A DNA stretch of 64,000 nt from Podospora anserina (taxonomy: Eukaryota): the NCBI GenBank assembly GCA_017654855.1, contig CM030332.1, positions 7,564,001-7,628,000 of the forward strand, read 5' to 3'. Made by a program: the position numbers and the translations under genes. The notes beneath the pieces were generated by a model. That model did not search any database and was not told the DNA's origin. It saw nothing but the letters and a program-made list of their open reading frames with translations. Below, piece after piece: positions 59,411 through 64,000 of this stretch (its first letter is position 1; each line of letters begins with the position of its first letter).

Positions 59411-59859
59411 TTTGGCGGTGGATCTGGAAAAATTGTCGAGTTAGAATTGAGAATTGGGGAGAAAGCTACTTCTTGGTCGATTAAACGTACCTGCGTCGTC
59501 GTCGACAAGAGGGAGCTTTGTGATGGGTTGCAGAATCTCTCGCGGTTCCGGGGTCGCGAAATTTTGGGAATCTGTGTGGCCAAGCGTTTTCCTGGTTAGG
59601 GCTGCGGGGGCCACCAGAACAGCCACACGTGGCTAGTGCGAAAACCACACGGCGCAGTTCCAGTCCGCCAAGATTTCTTCGCAGCACACATGGCCCCCAT
59701 ATTATTTCTGGGCTAACTGATAAGATAAGCATCACTCGGTCTGGGTGGAATCAGGGGCAGCAATCATCACAAGTAAATGGAAGATTGTATTCTATGGATG
59801 ATGAGTATTGGCAAACACTACGAAAAATTCCTTTTGAATCCCCCTTTTTTTTTGTTTTT

Positions 59860-62800
59860 TTAGAGCTTGAGTTTGCTGAACTCGGCGAGTGTCCGCTCGT
59901 AGTTCTCCTTGGCCGCCTGTGCATCGGCAAGCTTCTTCTTCTCAGTTGTTACGACAACATCACTGACCTTTTCGAAACCCTCGCGGTTGATCAGCTCCTC
60001 CTGCTTGGTAATTGCGACGGTGGTCTTCTGCAGCTTGGTGGTGATCTTCCTGATCTCGGCTGCGATATCTGTGATTTGGTCGCTGACCTGGAGAAGAACA
60101 ACAATCTCGGCGTTCACGACACTAACAGCGCAGCCCTTGGGGGTGGCGGACTCCTCGATAACCTCGGTGGAAGCAATGCTCCTGCCGGAGAGGGTCTTGA
60201 TGGCGTTGAGCTGCGCGCTCACCTTCTCCAAGGCGGCAGGAGTAGAAGCCACGATGAAGGCACGGCCATCACGAATGTTGTATTCAGCAGCCAACGATCT
60301 GATACCGCTAGCGCACTTGAGACCAAGCTCGTAGTCTGCGCTCTCAGCGGGGAACTCGAGAGCCGGGTCAGCCTCGGGATACGGCGCCAGGAGGATGGAA
60401 GGAGTCTCATCTCCAGCCTTCCGTGGCAGACGCTGCCAGAGCTCCTCGGTGATGAAGGGAAGCATAGGGTGCAGTAGACGCAGGCACGTATCAAGAACAA
60501 AGTAGAGGACTTGGCGGACAGAGTTGGCTTGGGCAGGGTCCGCATCTGGGCCCAGCATGCCCTTGCTGTTCTCAACGAAGATGTCGCAGAAGTCATCACT
60601 GTGTTTGGTTAGAGGCTCTGTCTGAACTTTGACCCAAGGGAAACCGTTGACTTACTAGAAGAGCGAGTACACGAGCCTGGTGGCAGTGGAGAATTGCCTG
60701 TTCGTGAGAGCCTCGTTGATGCCCTTGACGGCCGCGTTGGTACGGTGAACAATCCAGCGCTCTGGGACCGACAGAGCCGCGAGGTCAAGCTGGGCATCAG
60801 GCTTGAAGGAATCGCCAAGGTTGCCCAACACGTACTTGGAAGCTTGCCAAACCTTGTTGCAGAATCTGCGGTAGGCCGCCATGACGCGGATGTCGAAGTT
60901 AATGTCGCCACCACCGGTGGTGTACGAGAGAAGCGTGAAACGCAGAGCATCAGCGCCGCACTCTGGGATGCCGCCAGGGAACGATTGCTTCTGGTACTTG
61001 GTGGCACGCTCAACCTCGTCAGACCTGAGGTTACCTGTCAAGAGCTTCGCGTGAAGGTCCTCGAGCTTGATACCGTTGATGATGTCCAACGGGTCAATGA
61101 CATTACCCAAACTCTTGCTCATCTTCCGCCCTTCGGCGTCGCGGATCAACGAGTGGCAGTACACCTCAGTGAAGGGAACCTTGCCCGTCAACTTCAGGGA
61201 GAGCATGATCATTCTGGCAATCCAGAAGAACAGAATATCCCAGCCGGATTCGAGCAGCTCGGTGGGGAAGAACTTCTTGAAATCATCCTTCTCCGTGTTG
61301 GGCCAGCCCAAGATAGCCATGGGCCACAAGCCGGAGCTGAACCAGGTGTCGAGGCAGTCAGGGTCTTGCTCGAGGGTGTAGTTCTTGCCGGGGAACAGCT
61401 CGGCAGCCTTCTCGGCGGCCTTGGCCTTGGCCTCTTCGGCATTTCTGCCAACAACCCAGGTGGCCTTGTCTGTCTCCTCGCTGTCCTCGCCTTCAAGGAC
61501 AATACGGTACGCCGGGATACGGTGGCCCCACCACAACTGTCTGGAAATGCACCAGTCGGTGATGTTGTTGAGCCATTGGAAGTAGCTCTTGCGGGCACTC
61601 TCCGGGCTGATCTTGATCTCACCACTCTCAACGACTCTCATGGCATCCCTGGCCATGTCCTCCATCTTCACCCACCACTGAGGCGCCATGCGAGGCTCGA
61701 TAACATCCCCACTGCGCTCGCAAATGGGGATAACCATGGCGTTGGGCTCCTTCTTGACGAACAAGCCAAGCTTAGCCAACTCCTCGACAACCGTGTAACG
61801 GGCGTTGAATCTCTTCTGGCCCTGGAACATAGCGCCGTTCTCGTTGATCAAGCCGTCTTCGGTAAGGACGTTGATGAACTCAAGCTTGTGGGCGACGCCG
61901 AGCTTGTAATCGTTGAAGTCGTGCGCGGGGGTGAGCTTGACAGCACCAGTGCCGAATTCTGGGTCAACGTAGGAATCCTCGACGATGGGCATCAACCTCC
62001 GGGTGAAGGGATGACGGGCGTGCTTTCCGACAAGGTGTGCGTAGCGGGCATCACCGGGGCTGACAGCGATACCGCTATCGCCCAACATTGTCTCGGGACG
62101 TGTGGTGGCAACAGTGATGAACTCGTCTGACCCCTCAATTGGGTACTTGAAGTATGTGAGGACACCGAACTCAACCTTTCTGTCATAGCCGGGCACGTCA
62201 ATCATGGTGCGCCCGGTGATATCCTTGTTGATGACCTCCAAGGTGCTGAGGGCGGTGCGAAGATGAGTGGACCAGTTAACCAAGCGGTTGGACCTGTAGA
62301 TGAGACCCTCATCGTGAAGAGTGACAAACGCCTCCATAACGGCGGCAGTCAGGTTCTCGTCCATGGTGAAGGCCTCGCGGCTCCAGTCCATGGAGCCACC
62401 CATGAGTCTCTGGGCATTGTTGATGCGCTCATGGTATTCCCCCTTCCACTCCCACACGCGCTTTGTGAACTCCTCGCGGCCGAGATCGTGGCGCGTCTTC
62501 TTCTCTCTCTTGTACAGCATCTTTTCGACAACGGACTGAGTGGCGATACCGGCGTGATCGCAACCCGGGACCCAGAGTGTGCTGAGGCCCTTCATCCGGT
62601 TCCATCGAATAAGTGTATCTTGGAGAGAGTTGGCGAGAGCATGGCCGCAGTGAAGCGCACCAGTGACGTTCGGGGGCGGCAGGGCAATGACGAATTTGCC
62701 AGCATCAGGGGTTCGGGGCTCTTGAGGCTTGAAGTAGCCGCTCTTCTCCCACCATGAATACCATGACGACTCGACGGCCTGGGGGTTGTATGCTGAGAAG

Positions 62801-63278
62801 TGTGGGTGATCGAAGGGCTGGATCTTCTTCTTCTCGCCAGCTAGGGTCTCGTCCTTGTAGGGGGGAAGGACAGGAGTCTCGGCCTTCTTCGCCTTGGGCT
62901 TCGGGGCTTCGGCAGGCTTGTCACCGGCTTGTTGCTGTTGCTTCAGCTTGGCGGCAGCTTGCTTCGCAGCGAATTTGGCAGCCTTTTCGGCTTTGGCCTT
63001 CTCCTTGGCCTCTTTGGGCATGTCAGAATATGATCAAGGAAACGACAATGGCGGCGCTCGGCGGATCTAGACTCACCATTTTTCTTTGGCGCAGGCGCAT
63101 CGGGAGCGGCGGCCGGGGTGGTCGCCGGCGCGGGGGCTTTAGCAGCTTCGTCGGCCATTTTGGATAGTCGGTACGCTGAGGAGTGATAGGTTCGAGATTC
63201 TGGACGGAAAGAAGCCAAGGATGCTTTGAGCAGCGAGTTCCGTGTCGAACTAACCAGTCGCCACGACGAGCTCAGCAT
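59860..63278 (-). CDS. VAS1: Valyl-tRNA synthetase; two in-frame ATGs (63278 and 63158); 2 introns
   Basis: [13 protein letters not shown] (HIGH motif), [43 protein letters not shown]. Confidence 0.97.
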
Positions 63279-64000
63279 CCAGGCTCAGCGGGGGGGTCAA
63301 TTGAGTATTAAGAGGGGCGGCAGCGTGACTCTTAACGGGGGGCCTTTCATGTTGGCTGCAGGCTCTTTTTCCATATGCAAAAAAAGGTGGGGTTCCGGCG
63401 AGGATTCAACGTGTCAGTTGCGACTTGAACCATACCGTACAGAACCCTAACCCGTGTGTAGTTTTGCTTCTCTGTTGCTTTCCGCCACTACTACCCCGCG
63501 CGACCTGGCCCCAACTTTGTCTCCCAACACACAAGGCTGGCCGTCGAGTGATTCTGGAACAAATTGTAACATGGACCCCTTTTTTTTATTTTTCCAACAT
63601 GACCTCCTCAAGCGAAGTTCCAAATGCCCAAGCATTCAAGCTTCTCTTACCACAAGTTGAGAATCCCGTCCACCTGTGTGAGTCCTTACTGATAAGTGCA
63701 TAGCACAGCCCGTTGCTCCACCCCGGATTACTCAAGCAATGAGTATTCTTGCTGACTCTTTTGTGAGGCTTGTAGATTGCAATCCAACACAGAACTGTTG
63801 GAGATATGTAAAAATTCGAGAATCAGAGGCACGTGCCGTCAAAAAGGCGACCATCAAGGAAGGAATGCGGGGAATGCTTGCAAGACAGGTTGCCCCACGT
63901 ACAATTCAGCAGCTGTTCCCGGTCCTATCCGCTGCGAGTGAGTCCACTTGACCCACGCCACTTTCCAGCTCTCCCTTACCAAGACTGGCCGCTACCCTGT

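Noticed and set aside
60694-62130. Long antisense ORFs (here and at 3559-4788, 5508-6485, 23050-23862, 59629-60477)
   Set aside because: Shadow frames of real genes caused by codon bias; no recognisable motifs
1-64000. tRNA or dispersed 5S rRNA genes
   Set aside because: No convincing cloverleaf/T-loop or 5S signature found by eye; tRNAscan-SE and Infernal would be needed to exclude them

Overview
Eukaryotic, intron-containing DNA from a filamentous ascomycete. GT-AG introns with CTAAC/CTGAC branch sites and RIP-like AT-rich relics point to Sordariales, possibly Podospora (inference). The window holds about 23 protein genes, most of them conserved: FLC/TRP-like channel, intradiol dioxygenase, TRM44, eIF1, EOS1-like, Tim44-like, SSS-family transporter, Rim4-like RRM, CIA30, Sos7, rhamnose mutarotase, thioredoxin-like, MFS, ELP6, RPL37 and VAS1. 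There are two accessory-looking zones. The first (13-21 kb) has a tandem cluster of intronless orphan helical proteins in graded states of decay plus a Cys-rich secreted protein. The second (26-37 kb) has the Rim4-like gene between tandem-repeat arrays, a probable RIP-mutated solo LTR and a decayed kinase. The main highlights are an intronic TPP riboswitch with a long-range pairing partner at the 5' splice site, a single-ORF JmjC (eraser) + SET (writer) fusion, the orphan paralog cluster, and an RRM + prion-like gene whose RRM only appears after splicing a GC-AG intron. All family assignments come from motif recognition by eye; no searches were run.
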